Shown: positions 11,178 to 23,328, counted from the stretch's first letter. The stretch: 64,000 nt of DNA from Tubulanus polymorphus (GCF_964204645.1 NC_134029.1:16672950-16736949); one strand, 5' to 3'. Translations and numbers: made by a program. Notes: generated from the sequence alone by a model not told the origin.

Positions 11178-12946
11178 GTGTCCTTGAATACTATGAGAGT
11201 AAAGGTGATTACCAAGCCTGAAGATAGGAGAAAGTCTGTGATGATTGGGGTAATTACAAGCAGCGATGAGATAAGAGATTGTGGTGGCCAAGGATTTGGC
11301 ACCAAAATTGCAGTTTGGCATTTGGAGGACAATGACGAATGTGAAAAATACCAATTCATTGGTATCATACGCAACGAAGAGCTCCAAGGTAAGATTGTTG
11401 ATTCTGTGTTTATTATGATACGGGATTTCATATTATCAGTGTGCAAATGTCCAGTTTGTAATCTAGTTCGTTAATTAATCTCATTATGTGGCACATTTGC
11501 TAAGAAAATGTGTTAGTGCTGTTTTCCATAATGTTTATTGTTATGAGCGGTTTGCCAATTGGTAAAAGCCCACGTATATGAGGGTTGGAATGTTGAATTC
11601 AGTATAATGTAATGGTGTAATGATTATTCGGGATCAATGGAAAATCAAAAGGTGGGGGATAAGTGATGGTAGGGTGGGTAATGATGGATGGCATAGGTTG
11701 ATTTTGGTATTGGTATTTGTTATCAAATTCAGATATTCAAGACAAGAGAATTCGAGGTTGATAATGCAGTAATTGAAGGTATTTGCATGCCCCGCGTGTA
11801 TCGATCCCCGATGCATTGAGCTCGCCGAAAAAACGTCGTATTAGTGTGTCAGGAAAAGTGTCTAAGGTAGGTAACATTGTGATTAGATAGGGATAGAAGT
11901 ATGTTTTTGAAGATGGCGTGGGCCTAAATATTGATAGTGGGTGGAAGGGTTGCTGTTATGTGAGGATCAGTTATCTGTAATTACTGGGATTAATGTGTAT
12001 GATGTTGATAGATATACACAGCAGGGTTGGGTTGAAATTCTGTTTGTCGAATTATAGGGTTTTGAGGTGTTGTTAGGCTGACGAAATGATATATCTGCAA
12101 TGGAGAAAGGGTAATCAGATGTGGCAGCATGAATTGTAGGCTAAGCTGTATTTTTTATTATGATAGGTGTATGGTGTGACCTGTGGTGTAAGTAATGATA
12201 GCATGGGGTGGAAGCGTAGAGACGTTATCATAAGTGATGAAAGGACTAATAGCAATATACGCCTAAAGCTGTGGAACGAGAACAATAATGTATTGGGAGA
12301 GGGTGATGAAGGACGAGAGGTTCTTGTTGAGAATGTGTTGGTGGCAGAATATAATGGGCTGAAATCTTTGGACTGCACTGGGCTGATGCATGTTGAGGTA
12401 AAGATGAAAGTTGATTAGAATGTTAATGAGAATATGGATAGGTGGGTGTGATTGGCAATGTATGGCTTTTTTGTTTGCTTTAGGATATATCAGAAGTGGA
12501 ATCAAACATACAAGAAATTTGTATTGTGGGTGTTGATACCCAGGATGATGGGTATGTATAAATATGTTAGGTTTGTTTTATGCAAGTGTTGAGTTGATGG
12601 TTGCCTAATGGCACGTACTGATGATCAAATAGAAGTGGGAATATGTGGGGATGGTGTTCAGTATAAGGATGGTATCAGGTGTGTAATTGATTGCACTGGG
12701 TCAATTGTTGAATTCATGATCTTTCAATGCTGAGTATTTGTAATGCAATTTTACTTTGGCATTGAAGTAGGTTATATGTTCCAGTTAATTGTAGGCAGTT
12801 AATTGTGGTCGGTGATAATGGACAAGAGTACACGTTAACAGATGTTAACATGACAGAGGAAGATATTCTAGAATCTTTGCCATCCACAGTTAATAATGGC
12901 AATAATTGAGAAAGGCAAGGTTGTATCGTTGGCCCCTATGAAGTAA
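11178..12946 (+). pseudogene. Spliced OB-fold protein gene, copy C, frameshifted
   Basis: Exons 11178-11388 (GTG in place of ATG, 2-nt deletion), 11733-11866 (7 nt shorter than copy B, ...ALSSPKKRRISVSGKVSK), 12167-12397 (intact: WKRRDVIISDERTNSNIRLKLWNE...EGREVLVENVLVAEYNGLKSL), 12484-12551 and 12795-12946 (frameshift). Splice sites are GT-AG. Confidence 0.78.
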
Positions 12947-13299
12947 ATGTAGGTAAGGATTGTGGGTGGTGAATTATATCGTGGCAGTCAAAATTCAAAT
13001 TACTAACTTCATATTTGATACAAATTCATTATTTGTTGCTTTTAAGGGTGCAGCTAGCTTATGTTGTGAGGTCGTGACAGTGTATGAGCGGGGGTTCAAG
13101 GATGTATGGTGTGAAGTGGTGATGTATGCGGTTGTTTATCAAAGGGACATTTGTGAATGACTTATGTGAGCAATAGATTTATTTAAAATTAATAGATTTT
13201 GGGTAATGTAGAATACATGGGTAATATTGTGCCAATCTTGAAGTTGGATAGTTTTAAATCAAAAGCAACCAACCTGTGTGTCAAAAATATCTATCTGAT

Positions 13300-14400
13300 G
13301 CATGTTGTTGAGGTCTGCCCTAGGTTATGATGCCAGCGCAATGATGTTTGTAGGGTTAAGATATAAACACAATTGTTTGATGTGTGGTATAACGTTGATA
13401 GATATGGTGTTGTAGTATTATGAGATGTAGAATGGAGGGTCATCTGTATAATATTATTACTATGTTACATATTTGGTGTTGCAAGTTGATAGGAGTCATG
13501 AGTTGAAGTATGAGTTTAGCATGTGAATATGACGGCTTCATGAGGATGTAGGTAGGAGAGGCAATGATTAAATTGTAGTATTATAATGATAGATACTTGG
13601 GATGCTCCTGTGAGCAAGTTGATTTGAGAGTCATTATCTTAATGATAAAATTAACTGAGGTAATTTGGTAGTCATATGTGGAAGCGGAATGGAGAGTCAT
13701 CAGCAGAATCATGTTTTTATAATGTTTGATATTTAGGACGTTCTTATGTGGAAATAGATAGGCAGGAAACATGGCAATGATAATCATTCATATTAGATAT
13801 TTGAAGGTTGTCACTTTAAAGATATTACCACAATGTTAGTTATCTGAGATGTTCCTAGGTGTATGCATATAGGAGGGCAATCAATTTAATTATGATAATA
13901 ACTGTTAGATATAGGATGATCTTAAGTGTTGCTAGATTGGAGAGCCACGAGTGTGATTGTGATATTGGCATGTTTGAGTTAAGCATGATATTGGGTGATC
14001 AGATTCATTATTGTATTTCGATGTTTGATATTTGGGACGCTCCTATGATAATGTTGATAGGAAGATTATCAGATGATTGGTGTTTTTGCAATTTTAGATA
14101 TTGAGGGTGTTCCTAGGTGGATTTAGACTGACGTGAAATCATTATGATGATATCATTACATGTTTGATATTGCTGACGTTTCTATGTGAAAATTGATAGG
14201 AAGATATCGATGTTCCTAGTGAAATCGATAGGAAGGTCATTAGCGTAATAATATTGTTGGTGATGATATTTTGAACGTCCCTGTGTGAAATTGGTAGGAG
14301 TGTCATCAGCTTATTGATATTATTGTATGTTAGATATCTGGGATGCTCATATGTGGATATGGATAGGAGAGTCTCAGTTTAATGGTGTAATTATAATGTT
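13300..14400 (+). repeat. Degenerate ~68-bp tandem repeat array related to the 3820-4890 array
   Basis: Recurring TTAGATATTTGGGA(C/T)G(C/T)TCCTATGTGGA...GATAGGA.(G/A)GTCA-like core near 13590, 13726, 13793, 14025, 14093, 14162, 14263 and 14330. Confidence 0.65.
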
Positions 14401-14429
14401 AAGTAATTTGGTTGTACAAATAAAAGAAT

Positions 14430-15330
14430 AGATAATGCTATGGAGGCTATCAATCAAAATCATGATCTGATAAAGAAATTGCCGATTATTATAAAACCTT
14501 TCTGAGAGAAACCTTTCACAGAAAATGTTGGCAGAAAAGTTAGCTCGATTGAACGTAACTGTTTCTTCTATGGCGATTCTCCTCAAGAATTTAGCAGATT
14601 ATCAGTATAGGTTTAGTGTTGTGGTTTAACACTCTCAGAACTTTCTACAAGCCACCCAATTATTACTCATGGCGTTTACCCATTACGTTAGTCGGACTGG
14701 ATCAAATTAGCAAGGTAATTGATCATGTACAATCATTGATCAAAAAATATTACTTTCACTCAAACTGAGAAATATTTATCAAGATAGCCATTCCTATTCA
14801 TGGTATAGCAGGCTTTATGGGTGTTTATCGTTTCGACACGTTGCAAGTACCATCAAATGCAACTAGAGCAAACCCTACTAAAATCGTTGGGGTACCTCAG
14901 TATTTGGCAGTAACTCAGCATAGCGTGTACAATACTACATTCAATAGCAAGTTTTGTTATCATTTCAGGGGAGGGACTTAAAGATTTGTTCGACTGCTAA
15001 ATCTCTCAGAAATAATTTGACATGGCTTCGGCTTTATTTTGGGATCAGCCGGATGAGATTATGAAATTATGTGATATTCGATATAAGGAAGCTTTATTAT
15101 CTGAAGGGAGTTAAGAACTTTCAGATGGCCTTTATCTTCTTTCTTCAAGTGATTCGGTATGGACAGTGCATTGTTCTAAAAGGCAAGTGAAGTCAGTAAC
15201 GACATGTAAACTGTGTGTCATGGGTATTGCCAATAAATTAACTGGATGTCAATTTGGTAAAGTTGATAAGACAGTCTTGCATGTCGTTAACTTGCCTATA
15301 TTACGTTGTTCCCTAATTCGCGAGATCTTA
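14430..15330 (+). pseudogene. Gypsy/Metaviridae env-like (F-protein-like) ORF relic
   Basis: Frameshifted segments: LPITLVGLDQISKVIDHVQSLIKK; IKIAIPIHGIAGFMGVYRFDTLQVPSNATRANPTKIVGVPQYLAVT; ASALFWDQPDEIMKLCDIRY; LYLLSSSDSVWTVHC...TCKLC...TVLHVVNLPIL. These resemble env-like ORFs of invertebrate Gypsy elements. Confidence 0.55.
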
Positions 15331-16199
15331 AAGCGATTCAGGGCAATGAATTGGCCGAGGCACCAAAGGTTCAAATGCTGACGTTTAAATTTGATCAAGG
15401 GTCCTTGTTGACGCCACGTTTCGGCTCTTGTAGTTGAAAGTTTGTATGGTTACTTCAGTTCGAAGTTTGTAACTTCATATGTCTGCATTGTGCTGCCACC
15501 TATCATTCTTATAATTTTTCGGCTTTTTTACGTCATTCTTGGTAGCCATATTTGAACGCAGCTGGTTTTTGGTTTAGCAATATCTTGTCAAAAAGGCTCA
15601 ATTGTTCCGTAAGTTTAATTCAAGATAATTCGTAACTTTTTTTATCAGTTGCATATTAGAAGTAAGTTTTCTGTATATTGAATCACAAACTTGTAAAGTT
15701 TCATTTCATATTGTAGAAACGTCTTTTCGTCTTGGTCGAATAAAGTCAGTTCGGAACTTGAGAACAAAATTCTTGGTTGTCAGTTGCAACAGTCCTGGTA
15801 CATGATTGCAGTAAAAGATAATAAAGACAGAGAATTAGCAATGACTAGTAAGGAAAATGTTAAATTATTTTCATCAAAGACAGAAACCTTAAAGCAGGAA
15901 CTTGCTAATGATAGATTACAGTCGTCTTTTTAGCCATTGTCTTTAGGGATACTATCCATACCAACTATTCTTAGCATCGTCGCTATTGCTATATCAGTTT
16001 TATCTTTTTATGATACAGTATAACCCGGGAGCACTTTTTCCCTTAGTTGCAGTAGCTCATCAAGGGGTTTCAGGGGTTGGTGCAACAATAATTGACTTTA
16101 ATATAACTATTACTTTTCTTGAAAACAGCGCTAAAGTTAGTCATGCATTGGCTGATGTGGAATACGACATACCTCTCAATACATTTGTTTTAGTACAAT

Positions 16200-16360
16200 A
16201 AAGCATGCATGCTGGGCAAAGAAGAATTTAACAGTACTGTGGAAAAGTTTGGAAATTTGATATAAATTTGAATATTGATTTGTATGCCTCTCATATAAAT
16301 ACACAGATTAGTTTCTTGGCAGGCTGATCCAGAGGCAGTTTCTGCAGATGCGTTTAGGCC
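16200..16360 (+). mobile_element. DIRS/Ngaro-like retroelement pol fragment
   Basis: IDLYASHINTQI...SWQADPEAVSADAF resembles the DIRS IDLFASxxNxQ...SWxPDPxAxxxDAF motif. Confidence 0.45.
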
Positions 16361-16419
16361 TAAATCGAGACATGCAAAATTTGACGAGGTACCATAAAGT
16401 AAAGGAATCGAGTTTTTCG

Positions 16420-17620
16420 CGTGGGCTTAACCGCAGATTTGCTCCGGCGATGGTCTGTTAAGAGTAGGGGGCACATGGAGAATTCTCTCCTGGCCAACCG
16501 CACTAAACATTCGATAATTCCACCGAAGAACGCTCACGTCACGGATCTGATTATTCGTCAAAATCGTCACTTTGACTGCAGGCATTCCGGAGTGAATCAC
16601 GTTCTGGCTTTGTTGAGAGGAAGATATTGGCTGCTGAATGGAAAATCTGCTGTCAACTCGTGATAGTAAAATAGTTTGTAAAATACATCAAGGGGTGTTT
16701 GGTGCGCAAATTTGCCGCTCGATTGCATGACTCCGAATAAGCCGCCCTTCACGAACGTCAGCATAGATTGTTTTGGGCCTCATGTCGTAAGACAAGGTTG
16801 TAGCGATATAAAGCGTCATGGCTGTATCTTTACAAGCCTATCGAGCAGAGCAATTCATATCTTAGTTTTACACGCTTTGGATACTTCATCGTTCATCAAT
16901 GCGTTGCGACATTTTAGTACGCGTAGAGGCCAGGCCGTAGTAATTCATTGCAACAACGCACAAATTTCTTCAGTGCCGAATCTGAGCTCAAAAGAATGAT
17001 TGCGAAATGGAATACCGATCAAATCGAGGGATTTCTGCCGCAGAAGGAAATCGCATGGAAGTTTAACCGTCACTGTCTGGGGTCACATTTCGGCAGCATG
17101 GAGCACTGTATTCGTTCGATAAGAATCGTCTTCAACGCGTGTTTGAAGCAACAACAGCTCAATGATGAGAGTTTATTGTCGTTCATGTGTGAGGTAGAAG
17201 GTATACTTAACAACAGACCTCTCATGGCTATTTCCGACAACACAAGAAGTGATTTCAGTGCATTAACTCCTAATCCCTTGTTGCTGGGTTGTTCCAATGT
17301 GTTGTCACCGCCTCGAAAGAGCGGAAAATTACGTTACGCATCAGTGGGGACAAATCCAGTACTCCAGTCCTGTAATCCGATGTTTTTTGGCACCGCTGGA
17401 CTTCATAGTATTTACCCTTGTCGCAAGCCCGGCAGAAATGGTTTGATGCGAAAGGGAATTTGCTTCTTGGCGACATAGTTCTAGTGGCGGACCATACCAC
17501 TCCTAGGAATTTCTGGCCATTGGGCATGTCTTCCCAGGACACAATGGTTTGGTCTGAAGCATTTCGGTCAAAACTAAGAGCAATCCTGTTATAATTCGCC
17601 CTGAAGTGCGTATCTCTAGA
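16420..17620 (+). mobile_element. BEL/Pao LTR retrotransposon integrase region, decayed
   Basis: KHSIIPPKNAHVTDLIIR...HSGVNHVLALLRGRYWL; PNKPPFTNVSIDCFGP...RAIHI; CEVEGILNNRPL...ALTPNPLLLG; GDIVLVADHTTPRNFWPLG. Multiple frameshifts. Confidence 0.88.
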
Positions 17621-17755
17621 CTTATCTTGTGCTAATTTTTTCATAGATTTATTGTTGGTTAAGTAACTTTGTAATATCTAAGGGACTATCGATAATTGTG
17701 CCTGTATGTTATTTCGTTTAGGGCTACGTTATAGGTTCTCCTTAAGAGGAGAGTA

Positions 17756-18010
17756 TGTTGGCATCAATTTGGCTAGTGTGTGCTGCCCTCTAGGGGGTAT
17801 GGGTAAAAAACGGAAGTGAAGTAAGGATAGGAAAATCATGGATTTTTGGGAGGAAAAGCCAGAGCTAACTTATTGAGCTTACTTGTTTTAAACAAGTTTA
17901 TTTCTGGTTTTTCAAGTCTATTGCTGGTTTATTAAGAATAAATCGTTTTTGAAGTGTATGAAATGCACATTTGGTTGAAGTTTACTTTCCTTGGACTCGG
18001 ATGATCCACT
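17756..18010 (+). mobile_element. Probable 3' LTR of the BEL/Pao element
   Basis: Purine tract AAGAGGAGAG followed by TGTTGG, with AATAAA at ~17937. The right end is approximate. Confidence 0.45.
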
Positions 18011-18317
18011 GGAATGAAAAGAAATAAGTAATTGGCTGACCAAAAAACACATATCGAAATTCCTGAAAATATATTGAAGGTGGAACTAATCGAGATAATG
18101 AAAACGAACCGACCGAAATTTTCAAAATGGACGAGATTGCTGAATGGTACAATACAATGCCAATATAGCAGTATACTTTAAATAAACAGGATCAGCCGTG
18201 TACATTTTACTTTTCCTAAAAAAAATTGCTTTGTTTTTGGATTTGCAATAACGTACTGTTGATTAAGATGGAATCATGGTGCACTGTGTAGTAAGCATGT
18301 TCAATTTTGATGATTAA

Positions 18318-18905
18318 CCCTTTTGCTACGTGTGACGTTTTGGAAACGTCATATGAGTGACACGTGCTGTGCGTATGACGTTGTAGAAACGTCATGCACC
18401 TAATGATTTATAACTCGAACGCGTACACAGCAAACAGTATGGAAACGCATGTAAGACAAGATAGTTAGCTTTCTAAACAACAGATGGCGAAAATGCGTCA
18501 GTAGTTGGTGCTGTCAGCCTGTTGAGCACATGGTAATTTGCGCGGGATTGAGATGGCTGCTCGAAAGAAAGTTTTCAGTGCTAATCAAGTTTTAGGCAAG
18601 ATTTACGCCGACGACGACAGTGAAGATGACGATTTAGATGACGGGGGTGATTTCGGACTGGGCGGAGACGACTCTTGGGACGAACTGAAAAAAAAAAATT
18701 TCTAACCCATCCTGACCCCCCCCCAACACGCCCCCCCCCTACAGAAAAGGCTGCTGGTATGATTTTTTACTGATTTTCACTAAATAACATCATAATCTTC
18801 GATAAAAACGCGAAAAATCGGGGTTAAAAACAATTTGAAAAAAATCGAATTTTTCGGAAAATACCTTACGTACGGGGCGGTGCAAGCGTGTACGTAGCGA
18901 AAGGG
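18318..18905 (+). mobile_element. piggyBac internal-deletion derivative
   Basis: TTAA on both sides. TIRs CCCTTTTGCTACGT / ACGTAGCGAAAGGG. Retains an acidic N-terminal transposase stub, MAARKKVFSANQVLGKIYADDDSEDDDLDD, from ~18553. Confidence 0.85.
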
Positions 18906-19349
18906 TTAATATACATGGTAATGGTTTTTAGATAGGATACTAAATTACATAGCCTACTCGATTATATCTGTAACAACATCAAAATTACAAGCGAACCATG
19001 TACGGTACCTAGACGAATGAAATGATCGCCACTTTGTTTTTGATTGAGGCTTCCCATAATTTCGATATTATGGTTTTCCAATTAGGCCTACGCCAGACAT
19101 GTCATTGATTTGACGGGTCATAGATGTTGGTACTGTTGAAGAAGCATTCAAACTTATCATGGAAAATGAAATCGTTACAAATTCTAGGTTTTATAAAGTA
19201 AAGCAAACAGCCAACTTTGGATGTTCAGGTAGGCTACGCATTGTGTAGTTTTTGTCAGCTCGACTTATACAACCCAAGCAAGCAAGTTCGATGGCGTGGC
19301 GCATGCAGTTGCCATGTCGTGAGGGTGGTTGATCCCACCTGCCCTTGGT

Positions 19350-19890
19350 ATAATTGATCATAATTCGGCCCGCTCTGGGTGGTATGAATTGACGCGAGAT
19401 CATTTTCTATATACCAGGGCAGGTTACTTGATTTCGTCCGCTCTGGTGAATATGAATTAGACAAAAATAAATTTTTCTATATGTGACCTGTGCTGTGATT
19501 TCTAGGCGCAAGTTGCTGGCTATTGTTTTGAGTAATGAGCAAAAATCCGATGAAAATCGTCATCTGGTAGAAATCGAGCTATTGATGGATACGTCATCTG
19601 CTGGATGTTCTTTGTACTATGCCAAAAGTTCGTTCCGACCCTAAGCAGCCCAAAAAAGGAATAAGGAATCCAAATCTGCATAAATCACATATTTTTTGGA
19701 CCCCGAGCCTAAAAATCACAGCACAGGTCACATATACCAGGGCAGGTGTCTAGATTCGCCCCACTCCGGTAGATATGAATGATTGAGACAAATATCCATT
19801 TTTCTATACACTAGGCCAGGTTTCTTTATTCGGCCCGCTCTGGTGGATATGAATTGAGAAAAAAATCTATTTTTCTACATACCAGGCAAG
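19350..19890 (+). repeat. Degenerate ~80-bp repeats
   Basis: TTTCTATATACCAGGGCAGG...CCCGCTCTGGTGGATATGAATTGA motifs recur about five times, interrupted by an insertion at ~19480-19735. Confidence 0.55.
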
Positions 19891-20259
19891 GTAAGTTTTA
19901 AGACTCTGGTTAGCAGGATGAAATATAATTTATAAACCTTCTGCTTCTTTATCAGATCGATTCAGTGGACATAAACACAAGATTATGTGGAAAGAAATGG
20001 CAGCCTCTAACAGCAAATGGAAAAATAAGCTCGAGATTGATGGCAACCTTTTGTGATTGTTGGGACACTTGTATTGGATTGCCATCATGGCAGAGAAAAC
20101 TTTCAAAAAGAGTTATCATAAAAAAATACATGTTAGTTGGTCATTTTGCATTTTGTTTTGATTTCAATCCATTGCTTTTTGATCCATCTTTTTCTCTTTA
20201 TTGCAGCAAGCTAGGTTTGGACGATCATAAAATAATAAAACGAAAGTTTAAATTCAAAA

Positions 20260-21160
20260 TTGCAAGAAACTCGGTTGCTGGAGTTAACTTGCATTCTTGG
20301 GCAACAAATGATGCGAGCTTATGCGATCTAATGCGACAGGAAAATCGAAATGACCCGAAATCTACGGTCAAAGTCATCGGTATGACATGGAACACCAATT
20401 CAGACGAAATTGGTTGAAATTGGTTATGTACCTGCTGACAAATCAGTGGTCAAGAAGTGTGATTCTGAAGTAATCACGAAACCTGATATATCTAGTGCGG
20501 TTGCGTCAGCTTTGGTTGCTATCACCCGTTACCATTTGGGTGAAATCGTTTGTGGAAAAATAAGTTATCCTGGGATGAAGACCTCCCAGAAGAATTCAAA
20601 TCTACTTGGAGGAAAATTATGTTCGAGTTAAATAGGCCTAGTGCGTGCGATGAAATAAGTACCAGTATTGGTTGTCAATACTTCAGTGCTACGATTCAAA
20701 AAACGTTGAATTACACGTATTCTGCGATGCCAGCCTCGATAATTATGGCTACAAATGTTATCTGGAGTCCGATTGCGAAACCACCATGTGATGGCTAAAT
20801 CACAATGGTAAAACGGTGAAATTCCAACTGTGCCAGAACTCAGGAAGGCGAAATGCAAATGGATTAAAGGAGCTTAAAACGACAAATATTTGTGGAGAAA
20901 AGATGTGATCACGCGCAAACACAGCAAATCGCAAGTCGTTAGACGTATGAATTTATTCCTGGAAAAGAAAAGCGGACTGATCAGGTGCGCCGGGAGATTG
21001 GTCAATGCTCCCATCCTATGTATAATGCTAAAAACCCAATCTTGCTTCCACCTAGGAATGCATTATCGAGGTTGATTATCGCTCTGAATCACGCTATAAA
21101 CCTACACGTTAGCAGACAAGCTACAATGTCATTAGTGCGCCAAAACTATTGGATTCAGCA
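20260..21160 (+). mobile_element. Second BEL/Pao pol fragment (RT end, RNase H/peptidase A17 region, integrase start)
   Basis: LHSWATND, VKVIGMTWNTNSDEI, WKNKLSWDEDLPEE, ELHVFCDAS, LIRCAGRLVNAP, KNPILLP, VRQNYWI across frameshifts. Confidence 0.85.
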
Positions 21161-21350
21161 GTAAATAGTACACAAGTAGTTACGTTGTGTGATAGTGCTT
21201 TTGATAATTATTTGCAGGATCAGATCGAGCATTTCTTTATACCACCATTCTCGTTATAACGCCAAAATTAGCCAGGTCCCGATGGTGGTGTTATAACGAG
21301 GTTTGCCTAAAGTCGTAAAATGGGACGAGGGGAAATATGTTTATAGGCCT

Positions 21351-22205
21351 AACTAGGGGTCCAGGGACACCATGCCCACTTGGGGAGTGGTTTCAAATGC
21401 TCAACAATCTAACAATTTCAATACATAACGCCCCCTAGTGACCATATGAAAAAACCAATGACCTTGAAACCAACCACAATCATAGAACGTGTCAGCTGCT
21501 ATGATTTTGTAATTGTTTGTGATAACAAAATATGCCTCGTTACCAATTTGATATGGAAATACTAAGTTATTCTACTATTCAATGCTCCCTGATGACCATA
21601 TTCAAAACCCGATGACCTTAAAACTCACCACAATCGTAGTACATGTCATGAAATACAATTTTGCAATTGATCATGGTTACAAAATATGCCTAGGTACCAA
21701 TCTAATAAGGAAATACTAAGCTATTCTACTATTCAACGCCCCCTGGTGACTATATGGAATAACTAATGCCCTTAAAAACTCACCACAATCATAGACGATG
21801 TCACGAACTACAACTTTGCAATTGATTATGGTAGCAAAATATCCCTAGTTTCCAATCTAATAAGGAAATACTAAGTTATTCTAATATTCAACGCCCCCTG
21901 GTGACCGTGTAGAATAACTAATGTCCTTAAAACTCACCAAAATCATGGAAGATGTCATGAGCTACAACTTTGCAATTGATTGTGGTAACAAAATATGCAT
22001 AGGTACAAATATAATATAGAAATACTAAGTTATTGTATTATTCAACGCCCCCTGGTGGCCACATACAAAAACCTTGACCTTGAAACTCACCAAAATCATA
22101 GAACATGTTATGGGCTACAAATTTCCAATTGAATATAGTAACACAATATGCTTAGGTATCAATTTAATGTGGAAAAACTTTTTCCCACCTACGAATGAGT
22201 ACTGA
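21351..22205 (+). mobile_element. HINE/pearl-like (Helentron-associated) element, partial
   Basis: Starts AACTAGGGGTCCAGGGACACCATGCCCACTTGG and carries ~153-bp internal tandem repeats. Same family as the copies at 24269, 47808 and 56376. Confidence 0.7.
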
Positions 22206-22847
22206 TGGTTGGAGAAGAGACTCCATGATTTGAAATTTTAACAATATTTTTCCATGCCGACCAACTGAAGTTTGGTACGTAGACATGGAAACATATTGTT
22301 AAACTTTCAAATCATGGAGTCTCTTCTATTCATTTAACCCCTTTCAGTAGAGACTTTTTGGATATCCTTCAATACAGTTTCAAATGGATTAAAAAGGGAT
22401 GTTTTAGGTCCACTGCCAGTGCTTTCTGGTCCTAGTAAGACCTTTATCAGGTATGTACCACCAAAACTAACTGAGCTAGACCACCCTGAATGCTCTCAAG
22501 TCAGGTTGAAATAGACATTACAGTCTGTCACACCTGCTCTTCCTGTGACGTTTTGATCTGTTATTTCATTAATAAACTGTTGATTTACCTTTATTATGCA
22601 TCAATTTGTTCAGTAAGGAATTTGCATTCAGAATTAAACAACGATTTTCCCTAAAGTTGTTTTTGTTTTCATTTCTGAGCGATGATAGTTTACTCAGCAT
22701 AGTCACGTAATTCTTAAAAATCCGCTCCGCGGACACTCGGAAACGTTACAGTAACGTCATCATCTGCTCATCAGCATAACAAAATACAGTAGGTGGCGCC
22801 ACATGACGGGCCGGAAAAGCCGTTTTTCAGCATTACGCGCGCGTATG

Positions 22848-23328
22848 CTAATATCTATTTCAACCTGACTTGAGAGCATTCCAGGTGGCCTAGCTCACAA
22901 ATGTTTGGTAGTACATACCTGATAAAGGTCTTAATGGGACCAGAAAGGACAAGCAGTCGACCTAAATCATCATTTTTTAATCCATTAGAAACTGTATTGA
23001 AGGTTATCCAAAAAGTCTTCACTGAAAGGGGTTAAATGAAGAGAAGTAACTCCATGATTTGAAAGTTTAACAATATGTTTCCATGCCTACGTACCAAACT
23101 TCAGTTGGTAGGCATGGAGACATATTGTAAAACTTTCAAATCATGTAGTCTCTTTTCTCTCAGGAACCCCTTTCAGTGAAGACTTTTTGGATATCCTTCA
23201 ATACAGTTTCAAATGGATTAAAAACTGATGATTTAGGTCGACTGCCTGTCCTTTCTGGTATGTTCTACCAAAAATTAGCGAGCTAGGCCACCAGGAATGC
23301 TCTCAAGTCAGGTTGAAATAGACAATAG
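22848..23328. mobile_element. Foldback/palindromic MITE (truncated sister copy at ~22210-22520)
   Basis: CTAATATCTATTTCAACCTGACTTGAGAGCATTC ... GAATGCTCTCAAGTCAGGTTGAAATAGACAATAG. The arms are inverted around a short centre. Confidence 0.75.
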
